NCBI GenBank assembly: GCA_030765125.1
Contig: JAVCDD010000176.1
Location: 220 to 64,219, forward strand
DNA: 64,000 bases
Reading direction: 5' to 3'
From: Candidatus Hatepunaea meridiana
GTDB taxonomy: Bacteria; Electryoneota; AABM5-125-24; Hatepunaeales; Hatepunaeaceae
The position numbers were made by a program, and so were the translations under genes. The notes below the pieces were generated by a model. That model made no database searches and had not been told where the DNA came from. It was given only the letters and a program-made list of their open reading frames with translations. Of the stretch, positions 27,619 to 38,141 are shown one piece after another; the first letter of the stretch is position 1, and each line of letters opens with the position of its first letter.

Positions 27619-30567
27619 ATGAACTCAAGAAGTCCAAATAAAAGGTTATTAACCGTTCTTCCGGTTATAGTTATCTTCCTGCTATGCAGTCTTAATGCCT
27701 TCGCAGCAACCGGAAAACTTGCAATGGGGAGTTCGTCCAAATTTCTGATAACCTTCCCTCCGGTGAGCTCTGCGCCTGCGGTTTCTGCTGTGGAACTGGC
27801 TGCATCCTTCGGTTTTGACGAGATGATAAACAGCGGGCAACTACGCGAGGCAGCCACCTTGCGTAATCCCTATGGCGCTGCCACTCGTTTCATTCAATAC
27901 TACAAAGGTATTCCCGTTCTGGGTGGATCCGTAATTGCCTATATCAATAATGACGGCACTCCGCGCTCTCTTTCAGGTACGATTGCCATCTGGAGCAATG
28001 ACAATAATCCCAATTACACCATATCATCCACTCAAGCCGTCAATCTGGCAATCCAATACATACAACCGAAATCATTACGAGGTGAACTGAAAGTCCAGAA
28101 AGTGGTCTTACCGCACTCCGACACTCCGACACTCCGACACCTCAACATCCCAATATTCTGTTGGAAGATTGATATTCCTGCCGGAACACCACTCGGCGAC
28201 TGGGAGGTTATCATAGATGCCACCCACGGTAAAGTATTACAGGTTGATGATAGGTTGCGATTTCTTAACGGAACCGGATTGGTTTTCGATCCTGATCCGA
28301 TAACCGCTTCTGGAGATACATCTTTAAACGATGATAATGATGATGCTGATGCTATTCCTGAAGAAGCTTATAGTGAAGTGGATCTGTATGATATAAGTCA
28401 AAATGACGACGAACAATACATTCTGACGGGACCTTGGATTGATACGGCTCCCACCGAAGATCGAGCCTGTATGGATGAGCACGACTTTTCCTTTGATCGC
28501 GAGGATGACCACTTCGAGGAGGTTATGTCATATTACCACCTCGACCGCCAGGCGCGCTATATCTGCTCAATCGGCTTCGATGATCTGCCTCCTTCACAAC
28601 AGTTGGTTAATGTGAACGGCGTCGCTGAAGACCTTTCTTTCTTTAGCCCGCATACCGGAATTATAACCACCGGCAGCGGTGGAGTTGACGACGCTGAGGA
28701 TGCTGACGTGCTCCTTCACGAATACGGACACGCCTTAATGCAGCAAATCGTTCCGGATTGGCGCGGCGGGGATACTGGATTATTGTCAGAGGGTTTGTGT
28801 GATTATTTGGCAGGTGACCGATCGCTTGAAATGGCTCCGGATTTTCAACCGTATCAACTGTTTAACTGGGACGGACATAACGAATTCTGGGAAGGGCGCA
28901 TCCTCAACAGCGACTTGAGTTATCCCGAAGCGCAGGAACTCGACCAGCACGATGGCGGTCAGATCTGGTCTTCACTGCTCATAGAGGTTCGACAGGTGTC
29001 CGGTCAACGAGATTTATGGAACCAGGTTGTTATCGACCACCTCTATTCACTACCGGACAGCACAACAGTTCCCGATGCAGCAGCATCACTGTTGGAAAGC
29101 GACAGGTATATCGCAAACGGCTCTTTCCGGCAGTTAGTTATAAACGGTTGTGAAGCGAGAGACATCTTCCCAACCGGTAGATTCAGTCCGCGGTTATTTC
29201 ATCGTCCGCTTGGCGATACCGAGAATTTACACCGAGCCCGACGCATCACAGTCTCAATCAATTCACAGATACCACTTAATGAAGACCGGCTCTGGCTCGT
29301 CTACACGATTGACGATAACGAGCCTGACACTGTTTCATTATCCGCTGTTGAAAACCGCAGATGCTCATACTTCGCTTATCTTCCTCTGCCACATGAGGAA
29401 TCAAATATAGCATATTATATATCAGCCTTTGATACCAGCTCTGTTTTCTCAACTCATCCAGCCGGAGCGCCTTTTGAACAGCATTCCTTTTATGCCGGTC
29501 CCGACCGTGCTCCACCTGTCATCGCCGAAGTGGATTCGCTGCCGGATTCGGTATTTCCTGATGGTGAGGTTACAGTTGGAGTGCGAGTGACTGATAATAT
29601 TGCAGTAGAAGCGGTTTCGCTTCTCTGGTATTGGGGAGATATGGAGCAGGGTGGCATTATCCCACTTGAGCCTTCGCACTGGGATTCAACGCTTTATACC
29701 GGTCGCTTAGGCTGGGCGTTGCAGGAACCGGATTTTATTCATTATATAGTTACCGCTATGGACGGATCTAATGCAGGAAATACGGCTTCCAGCCGCCGCA
29801 GAACTTTCTCGATACGACCGGAAGTTACAATTGATGACTTCGAGCGTGACACACGACGCTGGCAATCATCCGGTTGGTTCCGTTCCGAACAAGATTGTGC
29901 TGAGGGAACTTACTGTCTGACGGATCGTGTGGAAAATTACGGCTATATACCTCCCCGTGAAACAGTCGCTGAAATAGATGAAACCTGGGATTTCTCGCGT
30001 TTTGACCGGGCGCGGTTGATCTTCTGGGAGGTGCATAGATTTGACTTCATGGCAAACGAATATGGAATTCTGGAATGCAGGGAGCTTGATGGGGAAGAAT
30101 GGCAGGAATTGGAAAGGTTTACCGGGAATCAGGATTGGTGGTGGCAGCGAATTATTGACCTGTCGGATTACTGTGAAGGGAGAACGGCTCCGATACGCCT
30201 GCGTTTCCGCACTGTCACACCTGAAGATGCTGAATATCGTTCAGGCTGGCAGATTGATGAACTAAGACTTCAGACCGGCAACATTGTAAAAGCAGACACA
30301 ATCGAGTATAATCTGTCAAACATTCAGCTTCTAATGCCGCCGTTTCCTAATCCTTCGAACAATAGTGTTTCTTTCGTTTATAACCTTGCTACAACAGGCA
30401 AGTTAGAACTGATTGACATCACGGGAAGAACCGCTATTTGCCAACCAATACCACAAGGTAACATCCGGACTTCCTTGAATCTTGCTAACTTGCCATCTGG
30501 TGTTTATGTATTGAGATTGTCTTCAGGTGGAATATTTGAGGAATATACTATCGTATTACTTAGGTAA
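27619..30567 (+). CDS. Secreted zinc metallopeptidase (HEXXH) with T9SS C-terminal sorting domain
   Basis: Signal peptide MNSRSPNKRLLTVLPVIVIFLLCSLNAFA. VLLHEYGHALMQQ zincin motif. C-terminus FPNPSNNSVSFVYNL...LANLPSGVYVLRLSSGG resembles a T9SS CTD. 982 aa. Confidence 0.7.
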   Translation: MNSRSPNKRLLTVLPVIVIFLLCSLNAFAATGKLAMGSSSKFLITFPPVSSAPAVSAVELAASFGFDEMINSGQLREAATLRNPYGAATRFIQYYKGIPVLGGSVIAYINNDGTPRSLSGTIAIWSNDNNPNYTISSTQAVNLAIQYIQPKSLRGELKVQKVVLPHSDTPTLRHLNIPIFCWKIDIPAGTPLGDWEVIIDATHGKVLQVDDRLRFLNGTGLVFDPDPITASGDTSLNDDNDDADAIPEEAYSEVDLYDISQNDDEQYILTGPWIDTAPTEDRACMDEHDFSFDREDDHFEEVMSYYHLDRQARYICSIGFDDLPPSQQLVNVNGVAEDLSFFSPHTGIITTGSGGVDDAEDADVLLHEYGHALMQQIVPDWRGGDTGLLSEGLCDYLAGDRSLEMAPDFQPYQLFNWDGHNEFWEGRILNSDLSYPEAQELDQHDGGQIWSSLLIEVRQVSGQRDLWNQVVIDHLYSLPDSTTVPDAAASLLESDRYIANGSFRQLVINGCEARDIFPTGRFSPRLFHRPLGDTENLHRARRITVSINSQIPLNEDRLWLVYTIDDNEPDTVSLSAVENRRCSYFAYLPLPHEESNIAYYISAFDTSSVFSTHPAGAPFEQHSFYAGPDRAPPVIAEVDSLPDSVFPDGEVTVGVRVTDNIAVEAVSLLWYWGDMEQGGIIPLEPSHWDSTLYTGRLGWALQEPDFIHYIVTAMDGSNAGNTASSRRRTFSIRPEVTIDDFERDTRRWQSSGWFRSEQDCAEGTYCLTDRVENYGYIPPRETVAEIDETWDFSRFDRARLIFWEVHRFDFMANEYGILECRELDGEEWQELERFTGNQDWWWQRIIDLSDYCEGRTAPIRLRFRTVTPEDAEYRSGWQIDELRLQTGNIVKADTIEYNLSNIQLLMPPFPNPSNNSVSFVYNLATTGKLELIDITGRTAICQPIPQGNIRTSLNLANLPSGVYVLRLSSGGIFEEYTIVLLR

Positions 30568-30584
30568 TTCCCTTTAAAATAAGC

Positions 30585-30666
30585 GTTCAGAGTGCGCGCT
30601 TCAGCGCGTAAAGTCTATAGAATGCGGGATATAGCTCACACGCGCTGAAGCACGCACTCTGAGCTT
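30585..30666. terminator. REP-A copy immediately after metallopeptidase stop (hairpin; probable terminator)
   Basis: gttcagagtgcgcgcttcagcgcgt ... acgcgctgaagcacgcactctgagc. Confidence 0.5.
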
Positions 30667-30744
30667 TATTTTCATATATGGTTGAGTCGCCCCCGACATG
30701 GCGTTTCCCTTGAAGAACAACATTATCTCTCGCGTATTCGTTAC

Positions 30745-30829
30745 TTTGGAGTGCGCAAGCCATGCTCGAGCTGTTTACATTGTACATAATTACCATAAAA
30801 GGCGCAAGCATGGCTTGCGCACTCCAAAG
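30745..30829. repeat. REP-D palindrome (tttggagtgcgcaagccatgct ... agcatggcttgcgcactccaaag)
   Basis: Perfect ~20 bp arms with ~40 bp spacer. Confidence 0.5.
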
Positions 30830-30878
30830 TAATCACCTGGAGATGCTGTTTCATTCCTTTCGGGAATTCAACTTTCTT

Positions 30879-31364
30879 CTAAACCTTCTTCTTATAAGTA
30901 ATCTGTTTGCCCTTCCCGGATTTAACTATGTAACCTTTATCTGCTAAGGGTCTTAGTGTTCCGTGAATTGTCCACAGCATACTCTTGGTTTTGGTTTTCA
31001 GGTTACCTTTCGCATTCATATCTTCCAGGATTTTTCTGAGTTCAACCGGTGACCAATTCTTATTAGGTTGTTCATCGAAAAACCTCTTGATAACAGCCAT
31101 TGGGTTGGATGCTTTCATAGCTTTCGGTTTTGGTTTCTTAACTACAACCTTCTTTTCCTTAACGAGTTCAGGTTTTGGCGCTACAGGTTTCTTTTCTTCA
31201 ACAGGTTCAGGTTCGGGTGCATCGGGTTTCTTTTCTTCTGGTAGTGGGACTGAATGTTTCCGAATGATTTCATCAAGTCCCTGCAAATCAGCCTTTAGCG
31301 ATGAAAGCTGCTGATTGATTGCTTCTCTTGCCTCGCGAAGCTTGTTAATGTAATCGAGGCTCAT
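30879..31364 (-). CDS. Lysine-rich protein with N-terminal coiled coil, PEPK low-complexity linker and basic C-terminal domain (H-NS-like architecture; candidate nucleoid-associated protein)
   Basis: MSLDYINKLREAREAINQQLSSLKADLQGL (heptad-like). EEKKPDAPEPEPVEEKKPVAPKPELVKEKKVVVKKPKPK linker. C-terminus ...KGNLKTKTKSMLWTIHGTLRPLADKGYIVKSGKGKQITYKKKV. Confidence 0.45.
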   Translation of the reverse strand: MSLDYINKLREAREAINQQLSSLKADLQGLDEIIRKHSVPLPEEKKPDAPEPEPVEEKKPVAPKPELVKEKKVVVKKPKPKAMKASNPMAVIKRFFDEQPNKNWSPVELRKILEDMNAKGNLKTKTKSMLWTIHGTLRPLADKGYIVKSGKGKQITYKKKV

Positions 31365-31469
31365 TGTTAATCCTCCTTGTTGTTTTCTTAAAAAGATAAA
31401 GGTTTACAAAATAAAGTTAAGTTTAGATTGTATGTTATTTAAAGATTTACAAAATTATTTGCAATTGGG

Positions 31470-31556
31470 AAATATGGGGACAGTATACCTATTTTCATAA
31501 ATACTCTTTGAAATAACAACATTCCATAGAAAAACAGGTATACTGTCCCCATATTT
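31470..31556. mobile_element. MITE-like palindromic element copy 1 (TIR aaatatggggacagtatacctatttt / aaaacaggtatactgtccccatattt)
   Basis: ~26 bp terminal inverted repeats with ~35 bp centre. Copies at 37987-38073, 39261-39348 and 44892-44978. Confidence 0.55.
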
Positions 31557-31582
31557 CCCCAACGCCCAACGCCCAACGCCTT

Positions 31583-33520
31583 CTACTCCACCTTCTCCGC
31601 TTCAAATCTTCCACCAATATGATCCGACAGAAACTTCTCTGCCGCAGCATAGAATTTGAGACGGTTCTCCGGGCGTGCAAAGCCGTGTCCTTCATCGGCA
31701 AATTCCATATATTCAACCGTCTTGCCTGCTTTCTGAAGGGCGTCTCGAATTTGAATTGCCTCGGCTACTGGAACACGTGGGTCATTTTTCCCTTGAGCAA
31801 TAAAAAGCGGTATCTTGATTTTGTCGACGTGGAACAGCGGAGAACGTTCTCTCAGCATTTCCGCATCCTTTTCCGGGTGACCAACGCGAGCGTGAACCAT
31901 CGGTTTCAACATCTCCATATACGGTGGCATAGTATTCAACCAGGTGATTAAGTTGGACGGACCGCACATATCAACACCGCATGTATATAAGTCCGGTTCC
32001 TTTGTAACTCCGGACAACACCGCAAATCCACCGTAAGAACCACCGTAAATAGCTATTCTTTTTGGATCAGCAATGCCTTGTTCGATCAACCACTTCGTTG
32101 CATCGGTAACGTCGTCCTGCATCTTGCCGCCCCATTCCTTATTAGCGGCATTGACATATTCCTTGCCGTAGCCGGTTGATCCGCGGAAGTTTACTTGTAG
32201 AACAGCATAACCTCGGTTAGCCATCCATTGCACTTCAGGATGGTATCCCCAACTGTCCCGATACCAAGGACCGCCGTGAACATTGATGATACTGGGGAGG
32301 TTTTTAGCTTCCATACCGAGGGGAACGGTCAGATAACAATGAATAATCATTCCATCGCGCGCTGTAACCGATACTGCTTTCATTTCTGCTAAAGCTAATC
32401 CTTTTAGCTCCGGACGAGTATAGAAAAGGAACGTTCCCTTTTTAGAATCAACACTGTATGAATAATAGGCAACCGGACCGTTATCTACGTCATACATTAC
32501 CAGCCATGTTTTATCGTCCATGGTGCGGTCTGAAACATAGAAATCACCGCGGTGTAATTGTTTCAGCGCATCGAGATCCGGCTGGATAGCTGTATCCAGC
32601 GCCTGCCACTCGGCTCGATCCCTTGAGTAGCGAATTGCTTGCAGTTTATAGGTCTTCGGTTGGATCATCAGACCGCCGATGTCGTATATCGGATCAGCGG
32701 CGATAACCTTTTCCTCTTTGGTTTTTACATTTAGTGTGCGAAGTTCTGCTGTATTAGCGCCGATGCTGTTTATCATAAAGAGGGTCTGGTTATCCTTAGC
32801 AAAGCCAAATGCGCCTGTGCTGAGTGCGTCTTCATTTCCCCACTGGATTAACGGTTTCCAGTCCGATTTGGCGTTCTTGCGGTGCATAAGCATTAGTCCA
32901 CCATCCGGCGTCATAATCATAGCGATACGAACCGTGAAAGTGTGATCTGCAATCCAACCGGCTACTCCCATATCGTTTTGCGCTTCAAGAGTCATCTTGC
33001 CGGTTTTCAGGTTGAGACGGTGGAGATCGTGGAGCATCGGGTTGCGGTCGTTCAGACCGATGAGTATCTCATCGGGAAATTCAGGATCAACCGCTGTGAT
33101 GCGAGCTTGGACTCCGTCTATTGGAGTCAGGTCGCGAGCATCGCCTCCGGTTAACGGAACTGCCCAGATATGCCAGTTTTCGTCACCGTCCTTGTCTTGA
33201 ATGTAGAGTATCTGTTCACCGTTAGGCGCCCAGAAGTAACCCATTATGCCCCGGTGTCTGTCCTTGGTTACGGCTCTGTCATCATCTTTGCCAACCGTCT
33301 TGACCCAGACGTTCATTGAACCTTCGTCAGGAGCCCGATAAGCCAACATCTTGCCATCCGGGGACAATTGCGGATTTGCCTTTTCAGGTTTACCGAAGAG
33401 AACGTTTCGTGGTATCAACGGTGTTTCTGTGGTTTTTGTGGTGCATGAGATTAACAGTATTAATGCCAGTCCAATAAAACCAATACGCCACAATTTAAGG
33501 AATTGTGGGTGCTTTTTCAT
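31583..33520 (-). CDS. S9 family serine peptidase (prolyl oligopeptidase/dipeptidyl-peptidase-like), lipoprotein/secreted
   Basis: N-terminus MKKHPQFLKLWRIGFIGLALILLISCTT. N-terminal beta-propeller-like region. C-terminal alpha/beta hydrolase with INVHGGPW and IAIYGGSYGGF (GxSxGG nucleophile), plus DPRVP and EGHGF. Confidence 0.8.
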   Translation of the reverse strand: MKKHPQFLKLWRIGFIGLALILLISCTTKTTETPLIPRNVLFGKPEKANPQLSPDGKMLAYRAPDEGSMNVWVKTVGKDDDRAVTKDRHRGIMGYFWAPNGEQILYIQDKDGDENWHIWAVPLTGGDARDLTPIDGVQARITAVDPEFPDEILIGLNDRNPMLHDLHRLNLKTGKMTLEAQNDMGVAGWIADHTFTVRIAMIMTPDGGLMLMHRKNAKSDWKPLIQWGNEDALSTGAFGFAKDNQTLFMINSIGANTAELRTLNVKTKEEKVIAADPIYDIGGLMIQPKTYKLQAIRYSRDRAEWQALDTAIQPDLDALKQLHRGDFYVSDRTMDDKTWLVMYDVDNGPVAYYSYSVDSKKGTFLFYTRPELKGLALAEMKAVSVTARDGMIIHCYLTVPLGMEAKNLPSIINVHGGPWYRDSWGYHPEVQWMANRGYAVLQVNFRGSTGYGKEYVNAANKEWGGKMQDDVTDATKWLIEQGIADPKRIAIYGGSYGGFAVLSGVTKEPDLYTCGVDMCGPSNLITWLNTMPPYMEMLKPMVHARVGHPEKDAEMLRERSPLFHVDKIKIPLFIAQGKNDPRVPVAEAIQIRDALQKAGKTVEYMEFADEGHGFARPENRLKFYAAAEKFLSDHIGGRFEAEKVE

Positions 33521-33614
33521 TATTTACTCCATGTTTGGTTAAGAGGTAAAAAAAAGTGAATTTAGAATTAGGAGAACCGCCACATCGCGGACGACTCAGC
33601 TAAGTATAAAAAAC

Positions 33615-33700
33615 TCGTTTTGCGAGGAACGAAGTGACGAAGCAATCTTTCCTAACCAGCAGAGATTGCTTCGCTTCGCTCGCAAAACGTAGCTATTTTT
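33615..33700. terminator. Long imperfect hairpin (cgttttgcgag...gaagcaatc / gattgcttc...ctcgcaaaacg) followed by T7; probable terminator of the subtilase gene. REP-G palindrome (agcgtaggcgtccctgcctgcg/cgcaggcaggggcgcctacgct) lies at 33815-33920.
   Basis: Inverted repeats read directly, with U-tracts on both sides (bidirectional). Confidence 0.5.
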
Positions 33701-33919
33701 TTAGGGGAATTGTGCTTAGGTGAAACTGTAAGATAAGTCAGCTATTAAAATTTTGCAACAAGGTATGTTGTTAAATTTATTATTTCTATAAATATTCAAA
33801 TAATCACAAGCGTAGGCGTCCCTGCCTGCGGAGTAATACGTTCCCGTCTGTAACGCAATAATCTGTTAAATCTGTGTAATCAGCGGTTAAAAAACAGATC
33901 GCAGGCAGGGGCGCCTACG

Positions 33920-36900
33920 CTACTTGATCATAACTAACCTTTGCATCAGGATATGGTCACCGGCAACCAAGCGGCAGATATATATACCGGACGGTGCTTG
34001 AATACCGTTTGCTATATTACCCTCCCACTGCTTATGATACCTGCCTGCAGATAGATTACCTCTTTCAACAATATTGATTAATCTTCCTTGTGGATCGTGA
34101 ATGGTTAATAGTATATCGACGGTCATTGGAAGGTCGAAGCCAATAGTGACCACATTGTTGAACGGGTTGGGGTAGATTGGTCCTAATGCGAGTTTGGTTG
34201 GGATTGGAGAATCATTATCGGAGGCAGGTATTCGGCTGACATTGTTAACGGTAATCCTCACCGATACCATATCCGCTCCGTTGGCTTCATCGACAACGCC
34301 GAACAGAGGTTCGTAAACACCTTCGTCATCATCGTCAGGCATCCATGTAAACTCTGCGCTGCCGTCGAAGTTATCATCCAAAGTTGCGCCTCTATCCTGT
34401 ACACCATCGTCATCGAGGAACTCTATATACAGTTGATCGTCCTGATCAACGTCTTCAGCCGTGAGAGTGAATTCGATTGTTCTTCCCTCGTCTACTTCCA
34501 TCTCAGGTGGAATATCATTCCACCTTGGTGGATCGTTCACTTGAAAAACGGTTACATCAAAGGAGATTTCGGTCGTCAGGTCGCGCGAAGGATTTTCCAC
34601 CGCAGAGATCGCAAAGGAGTAATATCTCTGCGTTCTCTGCGCGCTCTGCGGTAAAATTTTTCTGGATTCTAATTGTCGGACAGGAATGTCCAACCTACCG
34701 GAATTAATACTCCTGACCGGTCCTAAATCACGACCTCCATCGATACTATCATCCGCTATAACCGTAACATCAGCTAAACCAAACCAGTTTTCAATGCCTT
34801 CCAGCCAGAGGCAATTGTTCTCGTCTATTTCAACTATCAAGCCTGCGTTGTTGCTTTCAGCTTCAAACGTCAATTCGTCATCATCCAGATCATAAAATAC
34901 ATTATCCAGATCGGCAACAACGAAACGTTCAAAATCCTCATGCAATTCTTGATTGGGGATTTCATTCCTGGCTTCAGGGGGATGATTGACAATTACAGCG
35001 ATCAGGTCAACCGGATATTCTTCATTATCAGGATCGTTGGAGACTATTGTCATAGTGGCTTCATATTCTCCCGGATCATCGGCGCTGAAGGTAATGGTTA
35101 TGTCCTGGCTTTGACGCGCTTCAACGGTGAAATTGTCCGGTTCAATCGAGAAATTGTCACCTTCGAAGTCGATCTCATTAATAACCAGATCCTCGCCACC
35201 GGTATTATTTATGGTTAAATCAATATCGTAACTAAAACCTGTTAATATTTCATCGAAAGCTCCATTCCAGTCAACATTCACCGGATAACCGTACTCTTCA
35301 GACCATACAACTTCAATTGCAGGATCACCTACATAATGCGGGAAGTAGAACGCTCCCATATCAGCGCGTGTCTCATCAGGATCTTGTGGAGAATCGGGAT
35401 CGCCGCTGTCAATGCAGGGGCTATTCTCTGTGAGATGATAGTCGTCGTTGCCGGCGTCAGCAAAGCGCGGATCGCTGTTTATGTTGCCTTCGCCCCAGTT
35501 AATCCTGCCGTTGTTAAAGGTTACAATGCCATCGCGACCTCCTTCAATGTCGGAATAGGATATGGTCAGTATAACGGCATTATTCTCCGCAAAGAAAGTG
35601 ATTCCCTGCGGATCATTATACCAGAGAATCGAGTTCTGTATGGTCGTTTCAGCACCGTTATAAAGGAGAATCGCACCAGCATGCTCGTCTGCTTCATTGC
35701 CGGTGATAGTGCAGTTAACAATTGTGGGATTAGCGTTAGCACAAAAGATACCACCTCCATAAACTGAAGTGTTTCCGCTTATCAGGCAACGGTCAATTAT
35801 TGGGTTGGCATCGTTCCAGATAGCGATGCCACCACCGTTGCTCCCAGCTTGATTATTAATAATATAGCAGTAGCTTATTACCGGACAGGATTCACCAGTT
35901 AAATAGATACCACCACCATGGTTATGGTTGCCGTTTGTAATGGTAAACCCAATCAGTTGAGCATCCTCGCTTTCACCACTGGTAAATGTCACTACGCCTC
36001 CGTCATCGCCTCCGTCAATGATGGTTTCACTGATAACCTCCTCGTCGTTTTCGATGATGAACGTGCTGGCGATGACGATGTTCTTGCCGCTGAAGTCAAT
36101 GTTCTCTTCATATTCACCCGGCGCAACCAAAATAGTATCACCATCAATGGCATCCTCGATGGCTTCAGTTATGGTTTCAAAGTCATTCGGAACGCTGATA
36201 ACTCTGTTTCCGGGTTCAAAATCGAGTTCGATGCTCACAAGTCCGTATCCGAAATTGTTGTCCTGACCTTCAGCGCCTACATCCCGGGCGTGTTCGGTCA
36301 GATATTCCCAGAGGTCTTCATTGTCAATCGCATCAGGATCGACGGACTTGATTAATACGGCGGCGCCGGCAACGTGCGGGCAAGCGGATGACGTTCCATA
36401 GAAGGCGCCATCATATATAAAAGAAGCTGTACCATCCGGTCCGCAAATATCCGGTTTGATCCGACCATCATAAGTCGGACCGCGCGAACTGAAACCCTCC
36501 GGAGAGGGATTATCACGTTCCCAGGAACGGTAGTTGATAGCGCCAACTGCAAAATTATCTTCCCCTATAGCTGGAATAAGTATGCTGCCCGCGCGGGTTC
36601 GGAATGCCAAATCATGAGACGTAATTATTGTGAAATCTATTCCATCATCACCATTCCGGTTGTGAACAGAAACCCCATAATTTCCTTCCTGCTCTGCAAT
36701 GTAAGAAATCTGTTCGGTTGGAGGATCGTTTCCGTTCTGAACATCTTCTGATCGATCGACGACTGCCCATTCATCATCGTCTTCGTCCTTGTAAACCAGA
36801 TACAGGTTATAGTCTTCTCCCGATTGTGGGAAATCATCCCACTGAAGCGAAGCCCGTATACTTTCACCCCGTCGAATGTTAGTAAAACGATCCGCAGTGA

Positions 36901-37861
36901 TACCGAAATGGTTTACTGAAATATCTCCTGTAAAACGGTGATAATTATCATTGCGACGGTTATCGTCAAATTCAGCGCGGTAGTGACACTTAGCGTGGTT
37001 TCCGGCGGAATTCACAAAGAATATGCCTTGTTCAAAGGCATCGCTCACCTTCTCGGATAACGGATCGCCTCCTCTGAAATAATCTACCATTGCTACAGTC
37101 CAGCCACACGAATGACTTATGATATCAACCTGTTGTTCTATAAGGTAATCAACGGCATTTTCAAAATGAGCGCTGTGGAAGATTTTAGTAAGATAGAAGT
37201 CTGCATCGGGAGCCAGATCAAAGACGATTTCCGCACATGCGGTGCCGTGGACTGAACCTTCATCCATATCTTCTTCTGTGAAATTCCGGACTGTCAACCG
37301 TTCTGGCAATTCGTCTTCGTCCTGTGCATCTTCCATTCCATTAAAACCCAAATCCAGAATCGCAACCTTAACGTCTTCTCCTGTTATATCTTCATCGTGA
37401 AATTCATCAGCGCCGATTAGTCCGACGCCTTCGCTGGTGACATTGGAAACCAGTTTATAAGGTCTGTGAACTTTAGATACAATTGCCAGATCATTGGCAA
37501 ATTTATCAAGCAAGTTGATCGGAACCCATACACAAATAAAATGTTCCGATTTGCAATTTATTTCTATATTGAATTTTGTTAATGTAGAAGCGCTGATTTC
37601 GTCAGTTAAACGTCCTTGTCGAATATCAAGCTCAACCAATACCCGGTTGTCTTTTACATGTATATTGTGTGTAACAGCAAAGTTATCGGCGTCTTTATTC
37701 CCATGTGAATGATAAACGTCCAGGTATCGCAGCAGAGCAGTCTCTAACTTGGTCTGCGAATCATCTCTAACGTAATAGACAGGTGACGACAGCGTTGTTG
37801 CAAGCACATTGCATGAAAAGATGATAGTCAGTAATAGAATAATTGACATGTTAGATTTCAT
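33920..37861 (-). CDS. Very large secreted S8 subtilisin-like serine peptidase fused to beta-helix module, Ig/cadherin-like repeats and T9SS C-terminal domain
   Basis: Signal peptide MKSNMSIILLLTIIFSCNVLA. Subtilase triad motifs VAILDLGF (Asp), HGTACAEIV (His) and GTSSACPHVAGAAVLIKS (Ser). Internal module NVPNDFETITEAIEDAIDGDTILVAPGEYEENIDFSGKNIVIAS is homologous to the N-module of the beta-helix paralogs. C-terminus YPNPFNNVVTIGFDL...APSGIYICRLVAG. ATG at 37861 chosen (the ORF-track start lies 14 codons upstream). Confidence 0.85.
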   Translation of the reverse strand: MKSNMSIILLLTIIFSCNVLATTLSSPVYYVRDDSQTKLETALLRYLDVYHSHGNKDADNFAVTHNIHVKDNRVLVELDIRQGRLTDEISASTLTKFNIEINCKSEHFICVWVPINLLDKFANDLAIVSKVHRPYKLVSNVTSEGVGLIGADEFHDEDITGEDVKVAILDLGFNGMEDAQDEDELPERLTVRNFTEEDMDEGSVHGTACAEIVFDLAPDADFYLTKIFHSAHFENAVDYLIEQQVDIISHSCGWTVAMVDYFRGGDPLSEKVSDAFEQGIFFVNSAGNHAKCHYRAEFDDNRRNDNYHRFTGDISVNHFGITADRFTNIRRGESIRASLQWDDFPQSGEDYNLYLVYKDEDDDEWAVVDRSEDVQNGNDPPTEQISYIAEQEGNYGVSVHNRNGDDGIDFTIITSHDLAFRTRAGSILIPAIGEDNFAVGAINYRSWERDNPSPEGFSSRGPTYDGRIKPDICGPDGTASFIYDGAFYGTSSACPHVAGAAVLIKSVDPDAIDNEDLWEYLTEHARDVGAEGQDNNFGYGLVSIELDFEPGNRVISVPNDFETITEAIEDAIDGDTILVAPGEYEENIDFSGKNIVIASTFIIENDEEVISETIIDGGDDGGVVTFTSGESEDAQLIGFTITNGNHNHGGGIYLTGESCPVISYCYIINNQAGSNGGGIAIWNDANPIIDRCLISGNTSVYGGGIFCANANPTIVNCTITGNEADEHAGAILLYNGAETTIQNSILWYNDPQGITFFAENNAVILTISYSDIEGGRDGIVTFNNGRINWGEGNINSDPRFADAGNDDYHLTENSPCIDSGDPDSPQDPDETRADMGAFYFPHYVGDPAIEVVWSEEYGYPVNVDWNGAFDEILTGFSYDIDLTINNTGGEDLVINEIDFEGDNFSIEPDNFTVEARQSQDITITFSADDPGEYEATMTIVSNDPDNEEYPVDLIAVIVNHPPEARNEIPNQELHEDFERFVVADLDNVFYDLDDDELTFEAESNNAGLIVEIDENNCLWLEGIENWFGLADVTVIADDSIDGGRDLGPVRSINSGRLDIPVRQLESRKILPQSAQRTQRYYSFAISAVENPSRDLTTEISFDVTVFQVNDPPRWNDIPPEMEVDEGRTIEFTLTAEDVDQDDQLYIEFLDDDGVQDRGATLDDNFDGSAEFTWMPDDDDEGVYEPLFGVVDEANGADMVSVRITVNNVSRIPASDNDSPIPTKLALGPIYPNPFNNVVTIGFDLPMTVDILLTIHDPQGRLINIVERGNLSAGRYHKQWEGNIANGIQAPSGIYICRLVAGDHILMQRLVMIK

Positions 37862-37920
37862 TGGTTTCCTTAAGAATTTCACCGCAGAGATCGCGGAGAG
37901 CACAGAGTTTAAAAAGCATT

Positions 37921-38073
37921 CCTGTAGGGAATGAATGTGAATAGCGGTGGGTGATAACCCACCGAATTAAATTGCAAACCATCAACGAAATATGGGGACA
38001 GTATACCTATTTTTATAAGTGATTTTAGAAAGACCAACGGTCTATAGAAAAATAGGTATACTGTCCCCATATT
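37921..38073. mobile_element. Composite element: REP-C (37921-37966) + linker attgcaaaccatcaacg + MITE-like copy 2 (37987-38073)
   Basis: The same composite occurs in reverse orientation at 44892-45045. Confidence 0.55.
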
Positions 38074-38141
38074 TCCCTATCTATTCAACACCTTCGGGAT
38101 TTTCTGCAGTAAATCTGCTATTTCTAATAACGGTAGATGTT

